Of a stretch of DNA of 64,000 bases, positions 1 through 8,796 are shown piece after piece; within the stretch, counting starts at the first letter, position 1; each line of letters opens with the position of its first letter. The position numbers were made by a program, and so were the translations under genes. This DNA comes from a bacterium. GTDB lineage: Archaea; Thermoplasmatota; E2; JACPAO01; JAHFTW01. The stretch lies in contig JAZJZE010000001.1 in NCBI GenBank assembly GCA_040390065.1, positions 294,718-358,717 on the forward strand. Direction: 5' to 3'. Under the pieces are notes generated by a model. That model saw only the letters and a program-made list of their open reading frames with translations. It was not told the origin of the DNA and did no database searches.

Positions 1-669
1 ACCGGCTCGGCGCCGGTCTTCCGGCTGCGCTGGTTCACGCCGGCCAAGGAGGTGGTCCTCTGCGGCCACGCAACGCTTGCGTCCGCCCACGTCCTCTGGG
101 AGAGTGGGACGCTCGCGCCGACGCAGGCCGCCGAGTTCGAGACGCTGAGCGGGCGCCTCACGTGCAAGCGCGAGGGCGACGGCATCGCCATGGACTTCCC
201 AGCCAACCCGGGGCAGACCGCTCCGGCGCCGGATGGATTGTGGAAGGCGCTCGGCATCAAGCCCGCGCCGGTGCTGCGCAACCACCTGGACTACCTCATG
301 GTCGTGACCGACGAGGCGGCCGTGCGCTCGATCAAGCCCGATTTCGCAGCGCTTGCCAAGTTGAGCGATGTGCACGGCTTCATCCTCACGGCCCCGGCCG
401 GCGACGGCGTCCACGACTACGTCTGCCGCTACTTCGTGCCGGCCTTCGGCATCGACGAGGACCCCGTCACAGGATCCATCCAAACCATGCTGGGCCCCTA
501 CTGGTGCGAGCGCCTGGGCAAGAAGCAGGTCAGGTCGTGGCAAGCCTCGGCGCGTGGCGGTGGCATGACCGTGCGCCCCGCGGGCAAACGCGTCATGCTG
601 ATTGGTCGTGCGGTCACGACCCTTCGCGCGGACCTGTTGGCCGGCCCGAGCATTTCCGTTGCCGCATAG
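1..669 (+). CDS. PhzF-family epimerase-like protein, 5'-truncated by the window edge
   Basis: Frame open from base 1 (…LRWFTPAKEVVLCGHATL); LCGHAT and EDPVTGS motifs of the PhzC/PhzF family. Confidence 0.9.
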   Translation, partial: TGSAPVFRLRWFTPAKEVVLCGHATLASAHVLWESGTLAPTQAAEFETLSGRLTCKREGDGIAMDFPANPGQTAPAPDGLWKALGIKPAPVLRNHLDYLMVVTDEAAVRSIKPDFAALAKLSDVHGFILTAPAGDGVHDYVCRYFVPAFGIDEDPVTGSIQTMLGPYWCERLGKKQVRSWQASARGGGMTVRPAGKRVMLIGRAVTTLRADLLAGPSISVAA

Positions 670-772
670 CCCGACCCGTACGGCGTTCTCCCCGCGGCCC
701 ACGCCTGCGGCCGCCTGCGTCGCGGCGGCGCCACCGACTTGCGCTTATCCGGCGGAACGTGGTCCATGCCCT

Positions 773-1051
773 GTGGACAACCGCTCGGCTCGGGCCCAAT
801 GGTGGAGTCGGAACGGGGAGCAAGCCTCGCGGCTGGAAGATGGGCCCATCTGTCCCAATTGCTCGAGCCGCCGGACCGTCCGCAAAGGAATGGAGTGGTG
901 GGAATGGGTGCTTGCCTGCACGGGCATTGGCCTGTTCGTATGGGCCGCACTTGTTCTGTTCCGGCGTCGGCCGGGCCACTGCTTCCCATGCGGTGTCGAT
1001 TTCCGCGCGGCAGGCACCGGGAAATCGGGATCGAAGCGATTGAATGGATAG
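773..1051 (+). CDS. Small LITAF-like zinc-ribbon membrane protein (start uncertain)
   Basis: CPNC, then a ~22-aa hydrophobic stretch, then RRR-P-G-HCFPCG; TATA-like CTTATC about 28 bp upstream of GTG 773. Confidence 0.5.
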   Translation: MDNRSARAQWWSRNGEQASRLEDGPICPNCSSRRTVRKGMEWWEWVLACTGIGLFVWAALVLFRRRPGHCFPCGVDFRAAGTGKSGSKRLNG

Positions 1052-1177
1052 GCGGCGCCAGAGCCTCATCGCCTCTTGGGCGCCCGTCTTGCCGCCCTCC
1101 AGCGTGAGGACTGGAGAATCGGCCTGGTACCATGAAAACCAGAGAGTCCGTATTCCTCGAATTCGCAAAATCCGTGG

Positions 1178-1969
1178 TCAGCCGGGCGGCGCCAACGTGT
1201 ACTCGATCCTCTGCGTCCCACTTCCCTTCGAGGTGCGGCTCAAGATCTGCACGTCGCCGATCTCCTTCGTGTTGAGGACGTGCGTGCCGGCACAGGGGCA
1301 CAAGTCGATGTCGCGGCCGATGCGGATGACGCGCAACTCGTTCACCGACTTCGGCAGCAGGTCCATGTTCGTGCGGTCCGGCGGCTGCTCGGCCGTGACC
1401 TCGTCGCGTGTCATCGTCGCGGCCGTGATGGGCACCGCGCTGTGGATGACGTCGTTTGCTGCCGCCTCGAGGTCCTTGAGCATCTCGTTCGTGAAATTGA
1501 TTGGGTTGAAGTCGATGCGGCTGCGGTCGGCGTGAATCTGGTTGCCCACCGTGCGGGGGTGGACTCCGTTGGAGCCGAACATCTCGTAGGCCAGCCCCGA
1601 GACAAGGTGCTGCGCCGTGTGCATGCGCATGTGGGCGTAGCGCCGGTCCCAATCGATGGCGCCGCGCACGACGTCGCCGGGGCGCAGTGCATGGCCAGGC
1701 GCCGTGTGCTTCACGGGTCCGCGCTTGGTCACCTCGACGACGCGGCCTTCACGGCCGTCGGCCGTCGACAGGGTGCCCGTGTCCCACTCCTGCCCGCCGC
1801 CGAGAGGATAGAAGAGGGTCTGGTCCAAGACCACGTAGTCCGGCTTCGCCTCGATGACGCGCGCCTCGAACGTCCGGTCGTAGCAACGCTCCAGGGCATC
1901 CATGTAGAGCATGCGGCTCGTAAGGTCCGGCCGGGGGGCAGCCGGGGGGGCGGGCGCGTCCACGTCCAA
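1178..1969 (-). CDS. alaX: Alanyl-tRNA editing protein AlaX
   Basis: DQTLFYPLGGGQEWDTG, HMRMHTAQHL and CAGTHV zinc-binding editing motifs; start could be ATG 1912. Confidence 0.92.
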   Translation of the reverse strand: MDVDAPAPPAAPRPDLTSRMLYMDALERCYDRTFEARVIEAKPDYVVLDQTLFYPLGGGQEWDTGTLSTADGREGRVVEVTKRGPVKHTAPGHALRPGDVVRGAIDWDRRYAHMRMHTAQHLVSGLAYEMFGSNGVHPRTVGNQIHADRSRIDFNPINFTNEMLKDLEAAANDVIHSAVPITAATMTRDEVTAEQPPDRTNMDLLPKSVNELRVIRIGRDIDLCPCAGTHVLNTKEIGDVQILSRTSKGSGTQRIEYTLAPPG

Positions 1970-2051
1970 TCATGCAGCCGCGCCCGGGAAAGCGTTTCCC
2001 CTGCGGGTCGCGGGGCCGCAGGCCTTTCAAGCACGACTCCTTGGGGCTGGC

Positions 2052-2954
2052 GTGGCGTTGCGGTCCGCGGCCCTCATCCTGGCATTGCTGCTCGCGCCCG
2101 CCCTGGCGGCCAGCCAGGTCCCCGCCGCGCCGTCGTCGGCCAGCGTCGACGTGCGGGTCCAGGATGCGAAAGTGACCCTGAGCCTCGATGCGCCCGCCGT
2201 GACGGATGTGTTCGTCACCAACACCGCCGCACCCAACCCGGCACTCCCCCAACTCGACCAGCCGCGGCGCGTGACTCTCGAGATCACCGGCGTCCCAGAG
2301 GGTTGGACGGCCTCGGTGCAGCCCAACAGCTTCGACCTGGGGCCGGGCAAGACGGGCAACGCCGTTCTGACGGTTTCCGTCTCGGCGGCGGCGGATGCCA
2401 AGGTCGCCAACCTCAACGTGACGGCCAAACTGTACCCGCTCGGCGTGTCCGCCATCCCTGGAGCAGGACCCACCGTCGACCCGGAAGCCCGTGACGCGGC
2501 GGGCGTCACCGCGACGCGCCAGGACTCGCTTGGCCGGACGATCACGGAGCAGGTCGGGCCCTACATCTTCCTCCTCCTCGGCGCGTTCCTTCTTGCGCTT
2601 GTCGCCGTGGTCGTGCTGCTGGTCCTGCGCGGCCGCTCGGCGGTCCGACTGGCCTGTGACGACGGCGAACTGGTCGCGGCCGCGGGCGGCAAGGCCGAGT
2701 TCGTCATCTCGGTCACGAACATCAGCGGCCGCGACGACGGCGTCGCACTGCGCGTCACCGCCCCGGAGGGCTGGTCGGCTTCGTTCTCGCAGGGCCAGTT
2801 CGAGCTTCCAGCCAACTCCGAAGGCAAAGTCACGTTGACAGTCAAGGTCCCGAAGACGGCGCAGTCCGGCGAACGCGTCGAGGTCGCCGTCGTCGTCGTC
2901 AGCGCCTTGCCGCGAAAGTCGTCCGGTATCCGCTTGACCGTCCGCGTCAAGTGA
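2052..2954 (+). CDS. Membrane protein with two Ig-like (NEW3/CARDB-like) domains flanking a TM helix
   Basis: Signal peptide, repeated PEGW(T/S)AS motif, central hydrophobic helix. Confidence 0.7.
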   Translation: MALRSAALILALLLAPALAASQVPAAPSSASVDVRVQDAKVTLSLDAPAVTDVFVTNTAAPNPALPQLDQPRRVTLEITGVPEGWTASVQPNSFDLGPGKTGNAVLTVSVSAAADAKVANLNVTAKLYPLGVSAIPGAGPTVDPEARDAAGVTATRQDSLGRTITEQVGPYIFLLLGAFLLALVAVVVLLVLRGRSAVRLACDDGELVAAAGGKAEFVISVTNISGRDDGVALRVTAPEGWSASFSQGQFELPANSEGKVTLTVKVPKTAQSGERVEVAVVVVSALPRKSSGIRLTVRVK

Positions 2955-3570
2955 TGGGCCGCTCGAGGACCAGGCGCACGGATTCCCGTGTCACGAGGCG
3001 CCCGCGGTGGCCCGGGTGGTGCCTGTCCACGGCGGCTCCTGCCGCCACGAATCCGACCGCCCCGAAGGCGGCCGCGAGTTCGTCGGGGCCGGCAAAGTGC
3101 GTGGTGCGGCCGTCCTGCAGTCCCCGCACGCCCGATTCTCCGTCCACGGGCGAACCTTGGCTTGCCCGCAAGTCCTGCGGCGTGAGGCGCTCGACCACGA
3201 GGTGGCCGCCGGGGCGCAGGACGCGCCAACACTCCTCGGCGGCGAGGCGCCGGCCGGCGGCAAGCAGATGGCCCGTGCAGTGGATGTCCAGCACGGCGGA
3301 GAAGGCGGCGTCTGCAAACGGCAGCGCCGCTGCATCGCCGAGCACGCACGTCGCGGCGAGCCGGCGCACCGCGTGCCATGACACGTCGAGGCCGATGACG
3401 TCGACGCCCGCGGCGGCGAGCGGCTTCAGGAGCTTGCCGTTGCCGCAGCCCAGTTCGAGCACGGGGCCGTCGCCAAGCAGCGGCAGCAGCTCCGCGACTG
3501 GGCGTTCGCCGCGCCACGGCGCCTCGTGGTGCCGGTAGAACCGGTCCCATGGGTTGGCCGCTCGCTGCAC
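2947..3570 (-). CDS. Class I SAM-dependent methyltransferase
   Basis: VLELGCGNG motif I, GDAAALPF, RVLRPGG; upstream part of the long ORF overlaps rnp4 and is discarded. Confidence 0.85.
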   Translation of the reverse strand: MQRAANPWDRFYRHHEAPWRGERPVAELLPLLGDGPVLELGCGNGKLLKPLAAAGVDVIGLDVSWHAVRRLAATCVLGDAAALPFADAAFSAVLDIHCTGHLLAAGRRLAAEECWRVLRPGGHLVVERLTPQDLRASQGSPVDGESGVRGLQDGRTTHFAGPDELAAAFGAVGFVAAGAAVDRHHPGHRGRLVTRESVRLVLERPIT

Positions 3571-3645
3571 ATGGCGGGCACGTCGACTGGCGGTTTGGTC
3601 CTTCGCCTGCGCAGCCAAAGCCCTCAAGACGCGCCGCCCGGTGGA

Positions 3646-4002
3646 ATGCACGTGGCACGCCGGCGCAACAAGGGCGAGGAGCGCGACGTGGCCGGGGGGC
3701 GCATCGCCAAACTCCTCGAACTCGCGCGCGACGAGGCCCTGGCGGGGCGATTGGAGCGTTCCGACCGGTACGGCTCGCTCTGCCTTCGCATCGCCGAGAA
3801 GTACCAGACCGGACTCGACGCGCGGGCCAAGGCGCAACTGTGCCGGAAATGCGGCGCGTTCCGCGTGGCGGGGAAGACGAGCCGCACCCGCATCACATCG
3901 GGCCGCGTCGCGACGACGTGCCTGCGCTGCGGCAACGTGAGCCGTCGCCTCCTGCACGGGCGAACGCCTTCTTCAACGGGCAAGGCTTCCGCGACCCCAT
4001 GA
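3646..4002 (+). CDS. rnp4: Ribonuclease P protein component 4 (Rpp21)
   Basis: RIAKLLELA…RYGSL…CRKC…CLRCG zinc ribbon; conserved position before yhbY/rps19e. Confidence 0.88.
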   Translation: MHVARRRNKGEERDVAGGRIAKLLELARDEALAGRLERSDRYGSLCLRIAEKYQTGLDARAKAQLCRKCGAFRVAGKTSRTRITSGRVATTCLRCGNVSRRLLHGRTPSSTGKASATP

Positions 4003-4274
4003 ACCGACTGAACCCCGCACAGCTGCGGGCAAAGCGCTCGGCCGCCAACGCCATCACGGTCACGATGCATGTCGGCAAGAACGGCGTCAACGATGCCGCG
4101 ATCCTCGAACTGAAGGCCCAACTGCACAAGCACAAGCTCGTGAAGGTCCGCCTCCTTCCGTCTGCGACCGATGGCGGCGTTGGCAACGAGGCCCAGGCCG
4201 ACGCGCTTGCCGCCGGCGCCGATGCGCAACTCGTCGAGATCCGCGGCCACACCGCCGTCTTCTGGCGAGCCTAA
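3999..4274 (+). CDS. yhbY: YhbY/CRM-domain RNA-binding protein
   Basis: VGKNGV…HKLVKVRLL…EIRGHTAVFWR; ATGA overlap with rnp4. Confidence 0.9.
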   Translation: MNRLNPAQLRAKRSAANAITVTMHVGKNGVNDAAILELKAQLHKHKLVKVRLLPSATDGGVGNEAQADALAAGADAQLVEIRGHTAVFWRA

Positions 4275-4298
4275 GAAGTCGAACGCGTTTGCAGCGCC

Positions 4299-5312
4299 GT
4301 GCCTGAGGAGCCCGCCGACGGGGGGATGCCGTCCACGGACACGCCGGTTCCACCGCCGTCGCCGATCCCCGACCCGGAGCCCGCGCCGCCTGCCAAGGCA
4401 CGCCGCAAGATGCGCCGCCGCACGAAGTGGATCATCGCGGTGGGCATCGTGCTCATCCTCGTCCTCTCCGGCGTCATGGCGGTTTCTTGGGTCGCGGGCC
4501 AATCCCTTCTGCACCCGAAGCGCGACACCAACACGTCGACTCCCTCCGCGCTCAACCTGACGTGGCAGTGGGCCAACTTCACGACGGCGGACGACGTGCC
4601 CATCGTCGGTTGGTGGATTCCGGCCGACAACGCGACGGGCACCGTCATCTTCCTGCACGGCTACTCCGACGCCAAGGCCCAGGGCCTGCCCATGTTCCCG
4701 TTCCTGCACAACGCCTCCGTGAACGTCATGGCGTTCGACTTCCGCGCGCACGGCCAATCCGGCGGCGCGTACACGACGGCGGGTCTGCTGGAAACGCGCG
4801 AGGTCGATGCCGCCATCCTGTGGGTGGAGAACCGCACGCATCGCGACGAGCGCAACATCGTCCTGCTCGGCTGGAGCATGGGCGGCGCTGCAGCCATCAA
4901 CGCGGCGGCGCACTACCCCGACCTCGGAGGCGTCATCGCGGACGCATCCTTCAGCCGCCTGCACAACATCGTGGACACGAGCATCGGGAAGTTCACGGGC
5001 CTGCCGCGCTGGCCGTTCGGTCCCCTTGCCGTGAAGTTCGCAAGCATGAGCATCGGCATCGACATCAACGACAACGCCCCCGTCGAGGCCATCGCGTCGT
5101 TCCACGGTCCCCTTCTCCTCATCCAGGGCCTCGCCGACACCACGGTCGTGCCCAGCAACGTCGACGAGATCGCCGCCGCGGCGCCGCAGGCCGTCGTGTG
5201 GAAAGTCCCCGGCGCTGGGCACACGGAGTGCTACAAGACGGACCCCCACGGGTACGAGTTGCATGTCGTGGCGTTCCTCGCCGCACATCTGTCCAACCCA
5301 CCGCCTTCCTGA
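4299..5312 (+). CDS. Membrane-anchored alpha/beta hydrolase
   Basis: N-terminal TM helix, FLHGY, DFRAHGQS, GWSMGG nucleophile elbow, D…H (GAGH) triad. Confidence 0.88.
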   Translation: MPEEPADGGMPSTDTPVPPPSPIPDPEPAPPAKARRKMRRRTKWIIAVGIVLILVLSGVMAVSWVAGQSLLHPKRDTNTSTPSALNLTWQWANFTTADDVPIVGWWIPADNATGTVIFLHGYSDAKAQGLPMFPFLHNASVNVMAFDFRAHGQSGGAYTTAGLLETREVDAAILWVENRTHRDERNIVLLGWSMGGAAAINAAAHYPDLGGVIADASFSRLHNIVDTSIGKFTGLPRWPFGPLAVKFASMSIGIDINDNAPVEAIASFHGPLLLIQGLADTTVVPSNVDEIAAAAPQAVVWKVPGAGHTECYKTDPHGYELHVVAFLAAHLSNPPPS

Positions 5313-5331
5313 TTTGGCCCGGCACAATGGG

Positions 5332-5337
5332 TATATA
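5332..5337 (+). promoter_or_regulatory. TATA box of the rps19e operon
   Basis: TATATA followed by a C-run, 44 bp upstream of ATG 5381; same context as the rpoH and rps13 promoters. Confidence 0.6.
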
Positions 5338-5380
5338 CCCCCCCTTCTTCGGCCGAGTTGCAACCCTGGGGAAAACTGGT

Positions 5381-5833
5381 ATGACCACCGTATATGACGT
5401 CCCTCCCACCGCCTTGATCGAAGAAGCCGCGAAGCGGCTCATGGAAATCAAGACCGTGGCGTCGCCGGAGTGGGCCGAGTTCGTCAAGACCGGCATCCAC
5501 ACGGAGAAGCCGCCGGTGCAGGACGACTGGTGGCACACCCGGGTCGCCGCGGTGCTCCGCAAGGTGTACCTCGAAGGCCCCATCGGCACCGAGAAGCTGC
5601 GCGCCGCGTTCGGCGGGTTCCGCGACCGCGGCAACCGCCCGAACAAGGCGGCAAAGGGTTCCGGGTCCATCGCCCGCGAAGCCCTGCAGCAACTCGAGGC
5701 CGCGGGACTGGTCCAGACGGTCCAGGCCCAGGGTCGCATCGTGACCGCCCAGGGTCGCGCCCTGATGGACAACGCCGCGCACGCCGTGCGGGGCCGCATC
5801 CAGAAGGACATCCCGCTCCTTGCCAAGTATTAG
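5381..5833 (+). CDS. rps19e: 30S ribosomal protein S19e
   Basis: MTTVYDVPP…PEWAEFVKTG…WWHTRVAAVLRKVY…GSGSIAREALQQLE. Confidence 0.97.
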   Translation: MTTVYDVPPTALIEEAAKRLMEIKTVASPEWAEFVKTGIHTEKPPVQDDWWHTRVAAVLRKVYLEGPIGTEKLRAAFGGFRDRGNRPNKAAKGSGSIAREALQQLEAAGLVQTVQAQGRIVTAQGRALMDNAAHAVRGRIQKDIPLLAKY

Positions 5834-5841
5834 GTGAGGAC

Positions 5842-6195
5842 GTGGACGACCTGGAGGAGTTGCGCCGGCGCAGGCTGGCGGAACTCCAGGCCAGGCAGAG
5901 GGCAGCGGCATCCGGCCAGGACCCGGACGCCGAAGCCCAGGCGGAGGCCCGCGCGGCCGCCGCCGAGGAAGCCGCCATCGAGCGGCTTCTGCAACAGGTC
6001 CTGGAACCCGAGGCGCGTGAGCGCCTCACCCGGATCCGCATGAGCCGGCCCGATCTGGCCGTCTCCGTCGCCAGGCAACTGGCGACGCTGGCCCAGCAAG
6101 GTCGGCTCGCGCGGCGCATCACCGACGCGGAGCTTCGAACGCTCCTCGAGCAGGCGATGCCCAAGGACCGGGACATCAAGATCACCCGAAAATAG
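5842..6195 (+). CDS. PDCD5-family DNA-binding protein
   Basis: DDLEELRRRRLAELQ…LEPEARERLTRIRMSRPDLA…IKITRK; GGTGAGG SD upstream. Confidence 0.92.
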   Translation: MDDLEELRRRRLAELQARQRAAASGQDPDAEAQAEARAAAAEEAAIERLLQQVLEPEARERLTRIRMSRPDLAVSVARQLATLAQQGRLARRITDAELRTLLEQAMPKDRDIKITRK

Positions 6196-6214
6196 GCCGG
6201 GGAGCAACACGACT

Positions 6215-6370
6215 ATGTCCGCAAAGAAGCCGCTCGCAAAGAAACTGCGCCTGATGCGCGCCGAGAAGAGCAACCGCCGCGTGCCGGCCTGGATCATGAT
6301 GCGGACGAGCCAGCGCTTCACCAACCACCCCAAGCGCCGCAACTGGCGCAAGAACCACCTCAAGATGTGA
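6215..6370 (+). CDS. rpl39e: 50S ribosomal protein L39e (51 aa, absent from the ORF track)
   Basis: Manual translation MSAKKPLAKKLRLMRAEKSNRRVPAWIMMRTSQRFTNHPKRRNWRKNHLKM. Confidence 0.96.
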   Translation: MSAKKPLAKKLRLMRAEKSNRRVPAWIMMRTSQRFTNHPKRRNWRKNHLKM

Positions 6371-6376
6371 TGCTGC

Positions 6377-7066
6377 ATGGCTGACAAGACCACGACCGAA
6401 CTCGAGCGCATCTACACGATCCCGCTTCGCGACACCAAGGACCTCGTGCGCTCGCGCCGCGCCGACCTGGCCGTCCGCGACGTCAAGCGTTTCCTCAGCC
6501 GCCACATGAAGTCCGACGACATCTGGCTGGACAACGAAGTGAACGAGCTCATCTGGGCCCGCGGCAAGTACACCATCCCGAGCCGGGTCCGCGTCCGCGC
6601 CACTCGCTTCAGCGACGGTGTCGTCGAAGTCACCCTCCCCGAAGCCGCCCACGCCGGGTCGATCCGCAGTGAGATCGCCGAGCGCCGGGAGAAGGCCGCC
6701 GAAGCCCCCATCCTGAAGGGCCCCGCCGCCGAGGAGAAGGACGACGAGGACGACCACGAGCACGGCACCCCGCTCACGGACATCGAGGGCATCGGCGCCG
6801 CGACCGCGGAGAAGCTCGGCAAGGCCGACATCGAGTCCATCGAGGACCTCGCTGCGGCCGACGCCGACGCCGTCGCCAAGAAGACCGGTTTCCCGCTCGA
6901 CAAGGTCACGCCCTGGGTCGAGGCGGCCAAGAAGCTGGCCCCCGCCAAGGAAGAGCCGAAGGCCGCCGAGGCCACGCCGGCCGAGACGAAGACGGAGCCG
7001 GCCGACAAGCCGGCCGCGGCCGCCAAGAAGGCCGAGGGCGACAAGCCCGCCAAGAAGTCCGAGTAG
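6377..7066 (+). CDS. rpl31e: 50S ribosomal protein L31e with C-terminal helix-hairpin-helix extension
   Basis: ERIYTIPLR…NELIWARG…PSRVRV core followed by LTDIEGIGAATAEKL HhH motif. Confidence 0.93.
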   Translation: MADKTTTELERIYTIPLRDTKDLVRSRRADLAVRDVKRFLSRHMKSDDIWLDNEVNELIWARGKYTIPSRVRVRATRFSDGVVEVTLPEAAHAGSIRSEIAERREKAAEAPILKGPAAEEKDDEDDHEHGTPLTDIEGIGAATAEKLGKADIESIEDLAAADADAVAKKTGFPLDKVTPWVEAAKKLAPAKEEPKAAEATPAETKTEPADKPAAAAKKAEGDKPAKKSE

Positions 7067-7082
7067 GGCGGTTCGACGGGAC

Positions 7083-7769
7083 ATGGTGTACAAGCGCCTT
7101 GATCCCTTTGGGAACCCCAACGTGGGCGTCTACGTCCGGGCGACGAGCACACACCTGTTCGTCCCCAAGGGCATCACGGACCTCAACATCGCCGACCTCG
7201 AGGAGGCATTGGGCCTCAAGGCCATCCGTGCCTCCGTCGGTGGTGCCGAACTGATCGGCTCGCTGGTCGTCGCCAACAAGAACGGCTGCGTCGTCGCCGA
7301 CTTCGCGAGCGACCGCGAAGTGCAGGTCTTCGAGAAGGCCGGCCTCAAGGTCGCGCGCCTTGCGCTGTCCCGCCTGAACGCGGCCGGCAACAACATCCTC
7401 GCCAACGACCACGGCGCCATCGCGCACCCGGACATGCCCGTCAAGACGTTGGCTGCCATCGAGAAAGCCCTCGACGTCCCCGTGGCGCACGCGGCCGTCG
7501 CTGGCTTGCCGACGGTCGGTTCTGCGGCGTACGCCACGAACCGCGGCGTGCTCTGCCACCCGCTCGCCAGCGCCGCCGAACTTGCGTTTATCAAGAAGTG
7601 CCTGCATGCGCCGGCAAGGATCGGGACCGTCAACCACGGCCATGGCCTGGTGGGCGCCGGACTTGCCGCGAACCAGAACGGTGTGGCGTGCGGATCGCGC
7701 ACGACCGGCATCGAGCTGGGCCGCATCGACGAGGCCCTCGGGTTCCTAGAATCGGACGTGAAACCATGA
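7083..7769 (+). CDS. eif6: Translation initiation factor aIF-6
   Basis: GNPNVGVY…LIGSLVVANKNG…GTVNHG…TTGIELGRIDEALG. Confidence 0.95.
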   Translation: MVYKRLDPFGNPNVGVYVRATSTHLFVPKGITDLNIADLEEALGLKAIRASVGGAELIGSLVVANKNGCVVADFASDREVQVFEKAGLKVARLALSRLNAAGNNILANDHGAIAHPDMPVKTLAAIEKALDVPVAHAAVAGLPTVGSAAYATNRGVLCHPLASAAELAFIKKCLHAPARIGTVNHGHGLVGAGLAANQNGVACGSRTTGIELGRIDEALGFLESDVKP

Positions 7770-7996
7770 CGAAGCCATACCAGATCGAGGGAGATTTCCA
7801 GATGGGACGCATCCGCCAGCACTTCGTGCTCCAGGTCGTCGCCAAGGATGAACAGGCCGCCAAGGACCGCGTCTATGCGACCCTCGGCTCGCGCCATGGC
7901 GTGAACCGCCGTGAGATCAACGTGCTGTCCGCCAAGCTCCTGAAGCCGGACGACGTGACGGACGCCACCGCCCGCCACAACATGAAGGCGAAGTAG
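7766..7996 (+). CDS. rpl18a: 50S ribosomal protein LX (L18a/L20e family)
   Basis: YATLGSRHGVNRREINV motif; conserved position between eif6 and pfdA. Confidence 0.92.
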   Translation: MTKPYQIEGDFQMGRIRQHFVLQVVAKDEQAAKDRVYATLGSRHGVNRREINVLSAKLLKPDDVTDATARHNMKAK

Positions 7997-8424
7997 TGCC
8001 TGGCGACGGCACGGCGGACGACCCGCGCCAACTCCTGGCGCAGCGCGACATCGTGCAAGTCGAACTGCAGCGCATGGAGCGCCGCATGGCCGCCATCGAG
8101 GAAGCCATGATGGAGGCGCAGCGAGCCATCGCGACGGTGCGCGGACTTGCCGAAGCCGGCGGCGGCACCCACGACCTCCTCGTCCCCGTCGGCGCCGGCG
8201 TGCACGTCAAGGCCCAAGCCAAGGGCGGCGCAACCATTCTCCTTCCCCTCGGCGCAGGACTTCTCACCGAAGGCAAACCCGAGGACGTCATCGCCGCCCT
8301 CGAAGAACGCGTCAAGGGCATCAATCGCAGCTTCGACGAAGCCTCGGAGCAAGCCGAGCAACTCACCAACGCCGCCGCCGTCATCGAAGAGAAACTTGGC
8401 GGCGCTGGCCCAGGCGAGAACTAG
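7996..8424 (+). CDS. pfdA: Prefoldin alpha subunit
   Basis: Coiled coil, LLVPVGAGVHV / LPLGAG beta-hairpins, coiled coil; conserved synteny. Confidence 0.9.
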   Translation: MPGDGTADDPRQLLAQRDIVQVELQRMERRMAAIEEAMMEAQRAIATVRGLAEAGGGTHDLLVPVGAGVHVKAQAKGGATILLPLGAGLLTEGKPEDVIAALEERVKGINRSFDEASEQAEQLTNAAAVIEEKLGGAGPGEN

Positions 8425-8427
8425 AAG

Positions 8428-8590
8428 GTGCGCCTGACGGGAATCGAACTCGTTCTGCGGCCCGGTGCTGCGCACCGGCCCGTCGCCAAGCCGCGGCTGC
8501 GCGTCGCGGCGGGCTGAACGGGTTCGCTTCCCAGCCAGTGCCCTGCCGCGTGGCGGCCGGCCGCTTCGCGGCGCCTTCGCCTGCGGGTAG
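8428..8590 (-). repeat. 162-bp insert at the tRNA-Gly 3' end (direct copy, mirror copy, hairpins)
   Basis: 8428-8455 matches 8590-8617 at 27/28; 8515-8532 is an inverted copy of the T-arm (17/18); GCCGCTTCGCGGC hairpin near 8560. Confidence 0.85.
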
Positions 8591-8661
8591 TGCGCCTGAC
8601 GGGAATCGAACCCGTTCAAGCAGCTTGGGAAGCTGCTGTCATACCATTAGACCACAGGCGC
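8591..8661 (-). tRNA. tRNA-Gly (CCC)
   Basis: 71-nt cloverleaf: GCGCCTG acceptor, GCAGC-TTCCCAA-GCTGC anticodon arm, ACGGG-TTCGATT-CCCGT T arm; CCA not encoded. Confidence 0.97.
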
Positions 8662-8796
8662 GCAGGGCCGTCGAGGAAGGAGGGCTACAAGAGCGAAATG
8701 GTCGCCGGTCTGGCGCCGGTGCAATCCCAACCATGACGGGGGCTATCTTGACGTTGGACTCCCAACCTTCATGACCCGCGGCGCGACTTGGCCGGC

